Source: Antedon mediterranea (Eukaryota > Animalia > Echinodermata). Taken from it: 64,000 bases of DNA. The DNA lies in the NCBI RefSeq assembly GCF_964355755.1, contig NC_092674.1, forward strand, positions 25,668,001 through 25,732,000, in the 5' to 3' direction. Of the stretch, positions 63,111 through 64,000 are shown in pieces (the stretch's first letter is position 1; the number at the start of each line of letters is the position of its first letter). The notes under the pieces were generated by a model. That model ran no database searches and was not told the DNA's origin. It was given only the letters and a program-made list of their open reading frames with translations. Both the position numbers and the translations under genes were made by a program.

Positions 63111-64000
63111 TCGCCTCGAATGATTGCAACCTTTGAACAAATTGTGTGAATTGATTAAGTATTTATCTTGGTAATTAAAGAAACTAAATGAACATGGGAC
63201 ACAGTAATTCCACTTCGTATTTGATTTCAACCTTTGATCGGTGCCAGAAATTTTCATATACTGTACAGTACTCACATTAAGTTGTTTTTATAGGTCACTA
63301 CGATAAAATATAATCTGCATACTATAGTACATAGTCTACATGAATGTTTTGAACAGGCTGGAAAATTCAATGAGAACTGTGTGAAAAACCTGTCAAAATT
63401 GTTGAGAAGGTTTCTTGGCAATACTGGAGCGTCTAGATTTATACCACTTTGGAAGGTGTTAAGCTCCGTTTACACTATCAAACTTTATGTGACAAAAAAA
63501 TGTAATGATGTCATACCTCTACTATATTTGGGCAGATGACACTTCTATTTGTCAAACTAGTTTGATATAGTGTAGATAGAGATTAACACCTGGTATAAAT
63601 TTACAATTGGGTTTGGCGGGCATAAAACACAGAATTAATCAATGACATGGGAAGGTAAGTGAATATAGGAATGCAAGGCATCAACATAGATGTGACCCAA
63701 ACAAATAAATTATAACCAGATCCTGGATCACCTGTAAGAGTAAATGTAGAGGTGGGGGGTGGGGGATGGGGGATAATGGGGGTGGTAAAAAAAAAAGAAC
63801 AACCGGACTAGAACCAGTTACAGTTCAGTATAGTATAGTATAAATATACATTATAGTACAGTATTATTTGTAAATTAGTAACTTTTTTTAGATCAAACAA
63901 ACAAACAAACAAATGATATTTAATTTGACGGTAAACCTTAGTTACAACCTGGTGCTGTCAATTCTCCTTGACAGGTAGACAAGATTTTCAAATACAGGTA

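Overview
AT-rich, intron-containing eukaryotic DNA from an invertebrate metazoan (probably an echinoderm or other deuterostome; an impression, not proven). It is not prokaryotic, so most short ORFs in the track are artefacts. Two minus-strand genes were reconstructed exon by exon with GT-AG boundaries and consistent phases. The first is a complete cyclin A (8 coding exons, 2119-6612, 438 aa) with an inverted-CCAAT/CDE/CHR promoter. The second is a PDE2-type cGMP-stimulated phosphodiesterase (22 confident coding exons, 13732-36632, 736 aa, GAF-A/GAF-B/HD catalytic domain) whose N-terminus is unresolved. Introns are filled with MITEs (Harbinger-, Kolobok-, piggyBac- and Tc1/mariner-like), tRNA-derived SINEs, RTE and L2/CR1 LINE ends, a Helentron-type element and local tandem duplications. 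The most notable observations are: (1) an 873-nt stop-free in-frame extension of a 40-nt PDE2 exon that ends at a phase-matched donor; (2) repeated tandem duplications spanning exon-intron junctions, which leave decoy splice sites; (3) two intronic arrays whose conserved cores are transcription-factor motifs (E-box plus forkhead, and 12 x AGGTCA including a perfect DR4); (4) two phase-compatible candidate N-terminal PDE2 exons.
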